Shown one piece after another: positions 1-12,490 of a stretch of DNA of 64,000 nt (positions are counted from its first letter, which is position 1; each line of letters begins with the position of its first letter). A model generated the notes under the pieces. The model saw nothing but the letters and a program-made list of their open reading frames with translations, was not told the origin of the DNA and did not search any database. This DNA is from Vicugna vicugna (taxonomy: Eukaryota). The stretch is taken from the NCBI GenBank assembly GCA_013265495.1, contig MU058065.1, positions 3,015,003 through 3,079,002 of the forward strand, given 5' to 3'. Both the position numbers and the translations under genes were made by a program.

Positions 1-1099
1 ACCCCATCCAGCAGGAGAATGGGTCCACACAGAGAAAGTCTGAAGGAAGAGCTGTCTTGCACCCAGACAGATGGGGTCCCATGAAGATTTTCTTAGCCAC
101 CCTCTCAGGTAGAATCTCCCTTCCAAGTCAGTCGTGCACCAGAGACCCATGGACCACAAAACTTCCCCATAGGGAAAGTGTCATCAACAAATGATGAGCT
201 TAACTCGTCTGCAAATCACTTATGCCTCCAGAATTTAGAAGGGAATCCCTAGCTTTCTTTTCCCCATGGCAGCTTTAACTGAGAACACAAAGGTGAATGC
301 TCTGAGGCATCCTGATTAGTCAAATTCAACCTCAAAGAACTGTGAGGAGACACAGGACAAGAAACAGCAGAACTGCCAGCATGTTCTGGAAAACCACAAA
401 GCTGATGATACCACGAAATAAGAAAGCCTTGACCTCGCCCTGGTTGTGGCTTGCTTTTGCCCACCAAGGAGGGTCTCCTTTCCCACCCCCTCACTCTGTC
501 CACATCCCTCAAAACTCTCTTACAGTATCAGTGAAGAACTGTAATCCCTAGAAAGTTATAATATCAGCCAAATTAGGATATAGGTATAAATGTGTGGTTC
601 CTAAATACACAGAATGGGGAAGAGCAAAGAAAGTTAGCCTCCAGAGTCAAAAGAACTTTATATCATTTCTCTTAAAACTTAGAAATGCTGGGAAAAATCT
701 GACTTTTTTTTTTTGAAGTGTGTACCCGAATCATTTTTCAGAAATATATTTTACCTGCAATTACTGTGACTGCCTTTACTTTCAAAATGCATATTTGAAT
801 TCCTTTTTAAATGTTTACTATGCCTCCTTTGTTTAAGTTTAAAAAAGAGAAAGAGAGAGACTGAGATGAAAATGAGATGACCTTGGCCACAGGAAGTATT
901 TAATGACCACTGCCGGACCTTTTTGGCAGGCTTCCCTCTCTGCTTTCCTGGAGTGTGAAAGTGCAGGAGCCTGAAACATCATGTCAAACCAGAGCAGCTG
1001 ATCCCCTGGGTTCTTCTCCACCTAATATTCGTCCAGAGTAAGCTCCCTCCTGCAGACTGGATTCTTGCATAGGTGCTCGCTACTCAAAACGTGGTTGCC

Positions 1100-1144
1100 A
1101 ACCTGGAGATCGTCATTCTGAGCGAAGTAAGCCAGAAAGAGAAA

Positions 1145-1189
<45 letters not shown>

Positions 1190-1495
1190 ACCACACAGAA
1201 ACAGACTCACAGACATAGTAAACAATCTTATGGTTATTGAAGGAAATGGGGTGGGAAGGGATAAATTTGGGAGTTTGAGATTTGCAAATGTTAGCTACTA
1301 TATATAAAACGATTAAAAAAGCAAATTTCTTCTGTATAGCACAGGGAACTATATTCAATATCTTGTAATAATGACCTTTGATGAAAAAGAATATGAAAAC
1401 AAGTATCTGTATGTGTATGTATGACTGAACTATTATGCTGAACACCAGAAATTGACACAACATTGTAAACAGTTTATACTTCAATTAAAAAAAGA
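1100..1495 (+). mobile_element. L1 3' end (cetartiodactyl-type) with internal (AT)20
   Basis: Diagnostic 3' UTR strings acagactcacagacatag, ctgtatagcacagggaactatattcaatatcttgtaata and cattgtaaac...tatacttcaatt followed by an A tail. Confidence 0.85.
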
Positions 1496-1511
1496 ATATT
1501 ATCCCTTGTTT

Positions 1512-1606
1512 AAAAAAAAGATAAACAACAAGTTTATACCGTACAGCACAGGGAACTATATTCAATACCTTGTAATAGCCTATAATGAAAAAGAATTTGA
1601 AAAAGA

Positions 1607-1639
<33 letters not shown>

Positions 1640-1720
1640 TATATATGTAACTGCATCGCTAGGCTGTACCCCAGACGCTAACACAACACTGTAAACTGAC
1701 TGTACTTCAATAAAAAAAAA
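1512..1720 (+). mobile_element. short L1 3' end, tandem to the previous copy
   Basis: gataaacaacaag...cagcacagggaactatattcaatacc...cttcaataaaaaaaaa. Confidence 0.85.
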
Positions 1721-1729
1721 TACAGGTAC

Positions 1730-1920
1730 AATCTCAAATGATCTTTTTGATGATCTGTCAGTAGGTTCTATTACTGGCCTCTGTTTTGCAGAGATGGAAG
1801 CTGAGGCACAGAGCCATTAATTAACTTGCTCAAGGTCATGCAGCTTGTGATTTGTGATTCCCTCCAGACATGTTGACCTCAGAGCTCACGCTCCCATCCT
1901 TAATGCCAACACCACTGCTT
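1730..1920 (-). mobile_element. MIR SINE
   Basis: ttttgcagagatggaagctgaggcacagag...taacttgctcaaggtcatgcagct is the reverse-strand MIR core. Confidence 0.75.
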
Positions 1921-3621
1921 CTGTGTGGGACAAAGGTGGACATCATGGTAATGAGCAGAACCTTCATGTACATCCATATTCAGATAACTGAGCTGCAGAT
2001 GTTCGGCCAAAGAAGATAATGATGAAAGTTCAAGGTTGCAGAGAGTCAGAGGCACAGATTAGCTTCAAAGAGGAATTCAGCGCAGTGTGGGGAGGGTCTT
2101 CCCCAGGCCACATGGAAAGTGCTCCCAGGCATGGGAGCATGATGCATGGCGGACAGGACTCTGTGAAAAGGCTGCTTTTTAAATCACTTTGCTGGGAGAG
2201 GAACAATCAAAGCTGATGCGCTTCTTGAAGGAAGCACTCAGAGCTGCTGAGAGTTCCACAGGAAAGCATGACTAAGTTGAGTATTTCTCCACCTCTGCTC
2301 TTCCCCTTTAAGAGGAGATTGGGCAAGGTCACCTTCTTAAGGGACCAGGTAGAGGGAGAGGGAGTGGTGGGGACAGCGACTGATGGGGGAGCACTATGAA
2401 GGGGCAGCTGGGAAGATTGCCACAAGCAGGAGACAGGGGGCAGACGTCCAGAGGAAGTGGTTTTCATGAAGGCTTGCTAAGAGCAACAAATGTTCTGGGA
2501 AAACTGAGGACGCCGTGGGAAGGTGAGTGACCCAGAATTTACAATATGTGCTTCTTGAGATCAGAAGATGTCTACTGACTGTCACGGTTTTTAAATTGGA
2601 GCCCTGGTAGATAAACAAAGCTTCCAACTCTGAAAACCTTCATTTCAGTCCAACTACAGCCTGATTTCCCTGGAGGACCATCTTGTCGTGACTTCAAGAC
2701 GCCTAGGCTCTCCTGGACTTCAGAACACACTTGTCAGGTTTCCAAACAGGCCAGTCTACCTTCGAGGATTAGAAGGAAAAGCAAGAGCAGGAAGAGATGG
2801 AAACAACGTTGGTCTGTTGCAAACGGGAGCTGTTTGTGTGAGACACAGGCTGGCCTCAGTTCCGCCAGATCAGACACGAAAATCAAAGTGATTACACCCA
2901 GCAGAAGAGGCTGATGTGCCGTCCCATGGGCCAAACAGGTGGCCTCTGGATTCCCCACAGTCCTCATCCTCCCTGCAGAAACAGGGCTTGAAAAGATGAC
3001 AGTTTTCAGAAGTCGTTCCATCTGAGATCCTAGGGTTCAAAGATGTCGATGGTGCAGCCAATGGGAGAGAGCTGGCTGGCAAGACTGTTTTCTTTAATCT
3101 GAGTTTTTAATTTTATTTTATAAGGGAAATTCTCTTTAATCTTACAAGAAAGAGATTTATTTTAAATCTTTTTTAAAAATCCCTTAAATTAATGTTTGAG
3201 CTGTAAGACCAGAAATAGAAATGTGCTACATTCAAGAAACGATAGTGGATTAGCCTGGTGTTGTCTTGTCTTGTCTTCTTTGGTTTGTTCTGTTTCTTCA
3301 TCGCCCCCCCACCCCCACCCCACCGCTTCTGAATCTCTCTTCAGGCAACTTGCATTTGTAATCTATTTAGTCAAAGATGAAAGCAGACCAGTTCCACGGA
3401 CGGAGCTGAGAGAAGGTTCTTTTCCTCCAGCAAGAGAGTATCTCACTCTGTGAACACAGGCTTGGCAGACCTGATAACAAGGGGCGAGGGAAATTGATAG
3501 CATCATTTACATCCTGTTATATTGTCTCTCCATTAACCACTTTGTGAAGTTATAGATACCCTTAATTCTTTTACGTTTTAACGTTTACACTGAGAGCGAT
3601 TAACATACAACTATTACACTA

Positions 3622-3895
3622 ATGAAAAACACACTTATGGTTGCCAGGGGGAAAGAGGGTAGAAAGGGATAAATTGGGCGTTGGAGATTTGCAGACACTA
3701 ACTACTAAATACAACATAGATAAACAACAAGGTCCTACTGTGTAGCGCAGGGAACTCTATTCAGTATCTTATAGTAACCTGTAATGAAAAAGAATATGAA
3801 AACGAATATATGTATGTGTACGTGTGGCTGAAACATTATGCTGCACACCAAAAACTAACACAACATTGTAAACTGACTATACTTCAACTAAAGAA
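3622..3895 (+). mobile_element. L1 3' end (cetartiodactyl-type)
   Basis: Same family as 1100-1495: cttatggttgccagggg...gggataaattggg...gtagcgcagggaactctattcag...ctatacttcaa. Confidence 0.85.
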
Positions 3896-5639
3896 ATTAA
3901 CGCACGAGTACCATATTCGGTATCTGACTTTATATTTACCTTTATAAAGTGAGTTTTATACTTTTGTATGTGTATGTCCAAACTCAGCGAATTGCATACA
4001 TTTAATCTGTGCAAATTTTTATGTATCAACAAGGCTGTTAAAAACAGGGGGGAAAGGGTGTCCTAGGCCACTTGGCCACACCCCTAGGCACAGGGGGGAA
4101 GGTGATGGGAGGGTCTTAGAGGAGGAGAGAGAGTGGGCACCACACACTCTTCAGGGCTGAGTCAGGCAGAGGGGCTAGGACTGGGTTGGAGGTTGTCCCA
4201 GAGCCTCTGAATATTGCAGAAGCCACGTCAGATCCTCCCCAGTGATAACCAAGTGTCCTGAGGTCCAGCTTCCCAGTCAGGGAGGAGCGGCCGCAGCGTC
4301 CAGCCAGGACACACACGTCCTCGGTGGCTGGAGAGCTGCTCTGTCGGGTCAGGCTGCCCCACGGACAGGACGGTGGGCCCCTCCTCTCACAGCCTGAGCT
4401 GGGATGAGACAGGCTGCTAGGCAGGTACAGGTTCAGCTGCCACTGCACAAACAACCCTCCGAATGTCTCAGATCACATCACTAAGAAGACATCACACTGT
4501 TCTATTTAAAACCTAGCATTCGCTCCTGAATTCTAGCTCCCGCACTGTGACAGAATGGGATCATCTTGTTCTCAATTTAAGACCTAAAATCTTCAGTGGC
4601 TTATTGGACAATTCGATGTCCAAGGGAGGAAAGCTAATTACAAAGACCCAGAGACATAATGGGGTAGGCATTGTTCCCCGGGAAGCACTAAGATGCAGAC
4701 AAGCAGTAAAACTTTGACCTTCCCGGGGGTTGTGAGATGTGGTGTCCAGCGGCGTCATGAGTGAGGATGCAGCAGGTGTGCCGGTGATCTGAGCACACAT
4801 CTACTCTGAGAACAGGCCCCCGGGGGAGCCCACACTGCAGGCATCCAGTGAGGCTGAAACGCACCTTCCTGAGCCGGAGGCATTGCTGCTTCTCTGAGAG
4901 AAGTGAAAATAAATTGTTTAAATTCAAGAAGACGTTTCTGTGAAACAGAGACCAGGAGAAGACAGCCCTTGTGGAATATAAATAGCAGACAGCGAAGGAT
5001 GGAGACCACGTTCTGAAGGAGAAAGATAAGGTCGCCTTGCCCTCCAGTCTCATTAGTGGAAATAACACTTACAGGAAGGTAACATCCTTTAAAGATATTT
5101 GGCAGTTTTCTGGGTGATCATGCAGTAGCCAGTGGCAGTGCGCGGTTTCCAAATGCACAGAGTGCCCTCTGAGGGCAATCTGATTGGCCATTAGGACAAC
5201 ACAGGGGTCATGGAGCTGGTCTCCTCTTCTTTATCTGATAATTTAAAAATCAGTGACATATTGGGGCCTTGATGTTACCTTATGAGCCAAAGCTCTTGAT
5301 GCGATGACTAATGACATTGGTGTTTTCAGGGTTTAATCTTTAACTTGATTTTCTGGGATAATTAAACAGTGAGCAGCTGGACTGGTCATTTTATACTTTG
5401 GTCGATCCTTTCTGTGAGCATACGGACAATGCAGTAAAGCAAGAGGAACAAAGAACTTTGCCCTCTTGCGTTCCCCTCCACCCCCCACCCCCCCAGCAGT
5501 CGTGGTGAGACGAGCAGTCTTCGCCTGCAGACGACTTCTTGGTAAGATGCGTAGGAACCCATGTTAGCCAGCCTGCCTCAGGACCAGGTGCCTTTACCAT
5601 GCAGAGATCGTGTCAAAAGCCCTCACAGCGCAGGGTAGC

Positions 5640-5829
5640 AAAGATGTTTTGAGAACATGAAGTCAAGAGTCAAGCACACCTGGCTGGATGCCTAGCTCTG
5701 CCCCTCACCAGCCTCTTGCAAGTTTCTTAACCCTTCTGAGCCTCAGTCTTATTTATATGAAAACTGGCAATAATGCTAATACCGCCCTCACAATTGCCGT
5801 GAGAATGGAATGAGGTTAGCATGTAAAAG
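5640..5829 (+). mobile_element. MIR, 5' part (resumes at ~6318-6370 after the LTR insertion)
   Basis: caagtttcttaacccttctgagcctcagt...gtgagaatggaatgag...catgtaaaag, then gcttag...taagtgctaacagaaata after the LTR. Confidence 0.75.
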
Positions 5830-6313
5830 TGTTTCCGAACCGCAAGTTTGTGTGCCTGAGTCTCAGTGAGGCCAAACAAAGGAAAAACGTCAGAGTTTCG
5901 AGCAGAGAAAGGTTGGTTTACTGCAGGGCCGAGCAAGGAGAACAGGGTGGCTCGTGGCCAGGAAAACCCCAAATTCCACGAAGGGTTTCAGCGAAGCATA
6001 TTTAAGGGCCAGGTGAGGGAGGAGAGGGTCACTGGGTACGTGATCAGCTCGGGCACAATTTTCTGATTGATTGATGTTGAGGGAACAGAGCTGTCAACAC
6101 GATCAATCCCTGGGCGCCAGAAGGTCTGGGGGCCATGTGCTCACGAATATCAAGTAGCTAATTTCTTCCAGTTGGTGGTGGTTTTCAGCATTTGAAAAAC
6201 TCAGGAAATATGCATGAGATACTATTATCTGGTGCTTCAGAGAGGAGCTGCAGCAGAGGACATGGGGGAGGGGTCTGTCCCGGGACGGCCCCACAGGGTC
6301 CTGCTTAGCTACA
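5830..6313 (-). mobile_element. ERV1-class solo LTR
   Basis: TG...CA termini, 484 bp, exact 4-bp TSD AAAG (5826-5829 / 6314-6317). Orientation is inferred from family features. Confidence 0.85.
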
Positions 6314-7419
6314 AAAGGCTTAGTGGAGGGTATAGCTGCTGATAAGTGCTAACAGAAATAATATTACCACTATGTTTATTAACCTCTGAAAATGCCTTAT
6401 CAGTGAACCATCTCTCCTCACAGAGAATGAGCGGGTTTGTAGTCATTACCCCATCCAGAGAAAAAGGAGAGATCCCTGCTGATGGTGGAAGACCACAGAT
6501 GAGCTGGTTGTATGTACAGATTTCTACCTTCAAGCTTAGAAGACAACCCTGTGACCAAGGCTAGTTAGGACCTTGCAGGGAGACTTTAACACCCTACAGA
6601 GGAGACACTCCTTATATATTTCACATCACTGTGCATCTGTGGCTCCAGAGTAAAGCAAGACCTCTGAAGAGTGGTCTTCCAGCAGTCATGTCCTTTCCAG
6701 GGCTAGCTGAGGAAGACCTCTTGGATTGGTGCTGAGATGCGGGCACAGAAACAGGGATGGCAGACACAAGGCAGTGAAGTAATACCCTGCAAGATGAGTG
6801 AACCTTACAAAGTTTGCATAATTATTAATGAAAAAGGGATGGAGTGGCAGTGGCCGTTCACTAGGAAACTCTTGGCTTTTCCCATCCCTGATGAATGGAC
6901 TTAAACAGCCAAGCTGGCCAAGGATACACCGAAGAGGACAACATGAGAGATGGACAAGTTTTGAAGCGGATAGACCTCAAAAGAGAGACAGCATGAAGTC
7001 CCATCGCTTCAGCTGACTGACGAGTGCACATCAGCATGAATAAACCACTTTGGCAAGCGGAGTCTCAGTGCTTGGGCCTGGCCCAGCCACCAGCGTCACT
7101 TGACAGGGCGTCACGGGCCGAAGTACCAAGAGTGCTACATGGCAGTGTGTACGGCCAAGACAGACTGGAAGGGTTTTTTAAAAAAGAATGAAAAAGTTTG
7201 TCACATGCTCCATGGCAGTCTCCTTAAAACAAAAACTTGAAAACTCATTTTTTTCAGTTATATATCTGCTCTGATCTTATCATCTTCATTTGGATACCAA
7301 TTTGTTGCCTTTAAAAAAAAATGAGAAGTCAGGGTCACAAAGTTACAGAACCTCTTCCTTGTCTAAAAACTATAACTCCCTCATTTCTATTCAAATTGGG
7401 CAAATAATTTCCAAATGCC

Positions 7420-7580
7420 AATGTGGAGTCCAGCACTGGTCAGAATCACCTGGGGAACATTTACAAATTGCAAATGGTGTGAGCTTATCCCCTCAATGGT
7501 CCCAGAACTCCAGGGGTGGGGCCCCAACGTTTTAAGTGTCCTTGATGATTGTGATGGGTGACCAACTTTGGGAACCCCTG
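7420..7580. mobile_element. MER5-like hAT-Charlie MITE
   Basis: cagaatcacctgggg...ggggtggggccc...tgattgtgatg...ctttgggaacc pattern. Confidence 0.6.
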
Positions 7581-8066
7581 GAATAGGCCATTTCTGTGCC
7601 CAGTTTTGCAGTCTGCCCCTGAACCTCATCTCCTCATTAATGGTCGTCTTTGTAACTTGCCATTGGGAAGTTGTCCAGCAGGTTCCAAGAAGATGACGTG
7701 ACGCCAAGAACAAATCCCTTCTACTTATCCAGGGGTTTTCCTGCTTCTCTGCCAAAAAAAAAAAAACCCTCCATCCAAAATCCTACCACTTTCCACTTAA
7801 ACTGGTTGTTACTTTGAGCTGTATCTGCATCTCTCTGCTTTCAAAGTAGAATCCAGTTTACCTCTTCTCATGCTGAAGACTTTTCCTGTTGAGACTCTTG
7901 TAAAGGCAACATGAGTTTGTCCTTGAAACACAGTGGCTAAATGTCCAGAAAAGAAATCACGGGAAAATCATCACCCAAATAGGTGCTCAGTAAAAGTCCT
8001 ACTGTGCCTGTGGAGTTTCTGCTTTTAAAAAGAGAGAGAGAGAGTGTGTGCTTTGTTGCAGCTCAA

Positions 8067-8120
8067 TGTGTGTGTGTGTGTGTCCGTGCACGCGTGTGTG
8101 TGTGTGTGTGTGTGTGTGTG
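8067..8120. repeat. (TG)n microsatellite, interrupted
   Basis: Directly visible. Confidence 0.95.
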
Positions 8121-8439
8121 TTGCAGGGAGGGAGAGATTTTGAGTCAGATTTAAGCAAAGCAATAAATTAATCGTGTTTTCTAATGGGGCAAAAACAATC
8201 TGGCCTTGTGTCTGGAAACTGGGGGAAAGACAAATGTCTCTTTTATCATTTTGGAGAGATGCCAGGGGTGGGGAGGAAGCAGAGGTGAGGAGGGTGGGAG
8301 TTTAGCTTTTCTTTTTTAACCATGGTTTTTAAATAGTATAACATGTATTGCATGTCTAAACCTCCCTAAATCATATTTCAGAGAAAAAGAATCTGTTAAC
8401 CTCCAGTCCTCCTTTGTGAGGACAAAAGATGTCATGAAA

Positions 8440-8800
8440 ACCATCTCAGACATAGAAAGCAAACTTGTGGTTACGTTACCAGTGGGAGAGGAGGGTGGGA
8501 AGGGATATACTGGGAGTCAGAGATTTGCAGATACTAACTGATGTATTTAGAATAGATAAATAGCAAGTTCATGCTGTACAGTGCAGGGAACTATATTCCA
8601 AATCTTGTAGTAATTTATGGTGAAAAAGAATATGAAAATGGATACATGTATGTTCCTATATGACTGAAGCATTATGCTGTACACCAGAAACTGACACAAC
8701 ATTGTAAACTGACTATATTCCAATAAAATATACATATATATGCAAAAATAAATAAATAAATAGGTAGGCTGAAAAAAAAAAGAAAAGAAAAAAAAAAAGG
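8440..8800 (+). mobile_element. L1 3' end (cetartiodactyl-type) with A-rich tail
   Basis: cagacatagaaagcaaacttgtggttac...gcagggaactatattcc...gactatattccaataaaa. Confidence 0.85.
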
Positions 8801-9020
8801 AGATGTTGGTCTCCACACAGAGATGCTTCTCAAGCATTAGGAATTGTCCCCTGGCTGAGATGCCCTCGCCCACTTTGCTCCAGTTTCTCTCTGTCAATAT
8901 TTTAGCCAAACTTTAGAGTCGAATTCAAAGCTGGCAGCTTCCCCAGAAGCTTCCTCTCCCGTCAGTTGCAGGAGATCTTCCTTCCCCTGCACACGGGCTC
9001 TTCAGACCTTGGGTCGGAGG

Positions 9021-9232
9021 GATGGCTCTCAGCCAGGGGTGACGTGGACCCTGGGAGACTTGTGGCAATGTTTGGACACACTTTTGATTATCACAACTGG
9101 GTTGGGGGCTGCTACTGGCATGCAGTGGGGAGAGGCCAGGGAAGCTGCTAAATATCCTACAACGCACAGGACAGCCCCGCAGCAAAGGATTTTCAGCCCC
9201 AAACATGGCAGCGCTGAGGCTGAGAGATCCTT
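9021..9232 (+). mobile_element. MER20 (hAT-Charlie) DNA transposon
   Basis: ggcaatgtttggacacacttttgattatcacaactggg...gctactggcat...gaggccagggaagctgctaaatatcctacaacgcacaggacagcccc. Confidence 0.85.
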
Positions 9233-9329
9233 CCTGCTAGAGGGTGATCTGTGTGCTGGCCCAGCTGTGGCAGCTGGCATGGTGATGCTCGGTCCTTGGA
9301 CTTCCTCCCTCCGCCCATTGTCTCTCCAG

Positions 9330-10305
9330 TTTATGCCTTTCAATGTCTGCAGGCCCAGCCAGATTCCTCCCCTGAATTTAAATCTCAGTCCAGCCCCCAC
9401 CTCTGAATTCCAGGTTCATAGATGGTAAACATCTCCACCTGGACGTCTCCAGTGCATCTCAGACTCGGCACCCCCAAAAGTGAGCTCCTGAGCTTCTTCC
9501 TCAAAACCTGCTCCTCCAACCAACCTCGGTTTATGGCACTTCCAAGTGCCCATTCCATCTGTAGGGGAAATAATCTTACAGTCATTCTTAACCTCTCTCT
9601 TTCTCTCAAACATTCATTCAATCTACTGTCATATCCTATTGACTCAAAATACATCCAGCATCTGTCATCACTCACACCACCATCATCTCTCGACCTAGAA
9701 CAACGCCATCAGGGTGGTCAGCTAACTGGTCTCCCTGCTCCTACCTCTGTCCCCTCCTCAGTGCAGGAGCCGGAGTCAGATCACGTCACTTCTATATTCA
9801 GAATCCTCAATGGCTCCTATCAAGACCAAAGCAAAAGCCCAAGTTCTTATAATTTCTTACAAGATTTACGTGATCCATCTGCTTCAGAATCCCCTAATCT
9901 ACCCCCAGTAGTATCTCTCTGACTCATATCCTACTGCTCTGCCTCCTCCACTCTGCAGCCACACTGGCCTGCCAGACACATTCCCGCCTCAGGACCTCTG
10001 CCTTTGCTGTGCCCTCTGCCTAGAATGAGCTTCCCCTAAAATCCCTATGGCTCCCCCACCAATTTTTCAGGTCTTTTCCCAGAGAGTCCACATGATTTAA
10101 AATTGCAGCCCTCCACCTCCACTTGTCGGTGTTGATGCTCTTCCCACAGGGTACATCACCATATTTTGCTTATCTAGTTCCTTGTCTAATGGTCCCAACA
10201 GGATGCAAAGCTCTCTGAAGGCTGGGAATGTTTTTCGTTGCTGTCTGCACAGCACCCAGAGCAGCGCTGCCCACAGTAAAGCCCAGTGTGATGAAAGAAC
10301 GAATC
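9330..10305 (+). mobile_element. L2 LINE 3' fragment
   Basis: catctccacctggacgtctc, ctggtctccctgctcc, tcaatggctcc, gcctttgctgtgccctctgcctagaatg and a decayed L2 tail. Confidence 0.8.
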
Positions 10306-10627
10306 CTCAGTTGGACTTCCAGATTCTCTGGGAACGGAAGATGCCTTGCCTCACCCACCCAGCATCTTGTCCGCGTCCCCTTTTGCGTCTCCCTGGCATT
10401 TCCACACTGCCCAAGGAGCTTGTGTACATTTTCGTAATTTCATTTGGCTTATTAGGAACTCAATCCGTTTCTAATCGAATATTCAGTCTGAATGCTTAAA
10501 ATATCAAAAGGTGCCTTCTCCACGGTGAAGGCTTCATCATGCCTCCCTAACCAGTTTATCAGTCTACTAGGAGTCTGGCTGACGCTACAAATCACTCCTC
10601 GGAGGACAGGCTGAGAGCGGAGCTTCT

Positions 10628-10641
10628 GCGCCATCTTGTGG
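10628..10641 (-). promoter_or_regulatory. CTCF-type core motif overlapping a YY1 consensus
   Basis: Minus strand CCACAAGATGGCGC matches CCASYAGRKGGCRS at 13/14 and contains AAGATGGCG (YY1). Confidence 0.55.
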
Positions 10642-11889
10642 GCAATCTGGGGATGACACCTCCCGAAAGAATTCTTGTGTCCCAGCGTGTGCGCGTGTCA
10701 AATGCTGCTGCTTATGGGTCTCTTCCCCACCCCAAAACCAGTACATTTCCTCCTCTCCTCACCAATCTGATGTCCCAAACTCTCCATGGCTGAGCATGTT
10801 TCAGCTTGGTGATTCTCACTCTTTTTCAGAAAAAAATAATCAATTTCTTCTTGGCTCAAAAAGGAGAAAGCTGAGGGTGCTTGGGGTTTGGACTTTTCTC
10901 AAACTATTGCTCACTTCGTAGCTTCACCCAATTCCAGCCCCTAAGTCAGGAAATGTTGCAGGAAACATCAGTGCTTCATATCCAAAGCGGCTATCCTACA
11001 AGGCATGATTTCTGTGTCATCAGGGGGAGGGCATCCGACCTTCAGTTCACAAAACTCAACCCTCACCAGCCTGTTGAGCGTTCTGTAATGTGCCTCTGAT
11101 TCCACCATCAGGACTCAGACTTTAAGTATAAATACTCCTGGGAGAAGGGACAGCTTGATTTTCATTCACGCCGATTTAAATGTTTGATAGCCAACCTACA
11201 GGCAGGTGTTCAAGAGTGAGGACAGAGAAGAAAGGCCACTTGTCATCCGGAAGGCGAAGTCTAAAGGTGGACACCCAGGGGCAGGAGCTGTGACAAAGAA
11301 AGGTCCACATAGCCCCCAGTGCAGCATCACATACCCTCTGCTTCCTGTTCAGCCTGCCTGCACACACAGTGATCCCACCACTTCCAGCCTGGGTATTTGG
11401 GATTGGGGAGGAGAAAGAGGGCAGATCAATCTTTATTTATAAAAATTTGACACTGAAATAATTTATAAAGCAATTCTACCACACTCAAGAACCCCCAAAC
11501 GACATATTGACTACAGCCATGAAAGTCTGCTGGGGCAAGACTGTAGACACAGATGGATGGTTTGTTATTAGTACATGAGTTTTCTGACAGGAGCCTGCAC
11601 TTCTGAAGTATGAGAAGTCTCTTGAATCACTGTAGCCAAGACGGGAGGGGGGTTGTTTGTTTTTGTGAGATCTACAAAGAAAATGAAAGAGTGTAACATC
11701 TTAAGTAAAAATAAACTGGAAGGAGAAGAGAAGAGAACAAACGTTTATTGAGAGCCTGTTTGTGGAATGCTCTATCTAGACATATTACACGTTCATTTAT
11801 CTAAATGTAATAACTCTTTAGAGGCAGCTATGTGACCTTGGGACAGTAACGTAACCCCTCCGAGCCTCGTTTTCCTCAGCTGTAAAATG

Positions 11890-12490
11890 ATGCTGATGCT
11901 GTGGGAAACAGCTTGATGATTCCTCAGAAAGTTGCGTGTAGAATTACCCTGTGGTCCTGCAACTCCGCTTCCGGGGCTTCACCCCAAGAAAGTGAAAGCA
12001 GGAACTCAAGACACTTGTATACCGGTGCTCAAAGCAACATTATTCACCATAAACAAAAGGTGGGAACAACCCAAATATCCATAAACAGATGAATGAATAA
12101 ACGAAATGTGGTACTTACAGCCAATGGATACACTCTTAAAAAGAAATGAAATCTGACCCATGCGACAACATGGATGAAACTTGAAAGCATTGTGCTAGGT
12201 GAAATAAGACACAGAAGGACAAATATTTTATGATTCTGTTTAAATAAGGTACCTAGAATAGCTGAATTCAATTCATAGGGACAAAAAAGTTGAAAAGAGG
12301 TTACTAGGAATTAGAGGGAGGAATAAAGGGGAATTCGTGTTAATGGGTACAGGTTCAGCTTCAGATGATGAAAAATTTCTGTCAGTGGATAATGGTAATA
12401 GTTGCACAACATTGTGAATGTGTGAGTTGCAGATTTAAAAATGGTTAAAATGGTAAATTTTATATTAAACATATTTTATCACAATAATAA
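11890..12490 (+). mobile_element. old L1 (L1MB/MC-like) 3' end
   Basis: gctgtgggaaacagcttgatgattcctcagaaagtt...caacccaaatatccataaacagatgaatg...caacatggatgaaacttgaaagcatt...aaaatggttaaaatggtaaatttt. Confidence 0.85.

Noticed and set aside
6322..6340. ggagggtatagct, resembling the head of a tRNA-derived SINE
   Set aside because: No B-box or SINE body follows; it fits better as the resumed 3' part of the MIR.
9422..9922. 166-aa ORF
   Set aside because: Lies within a decayed L2 element.
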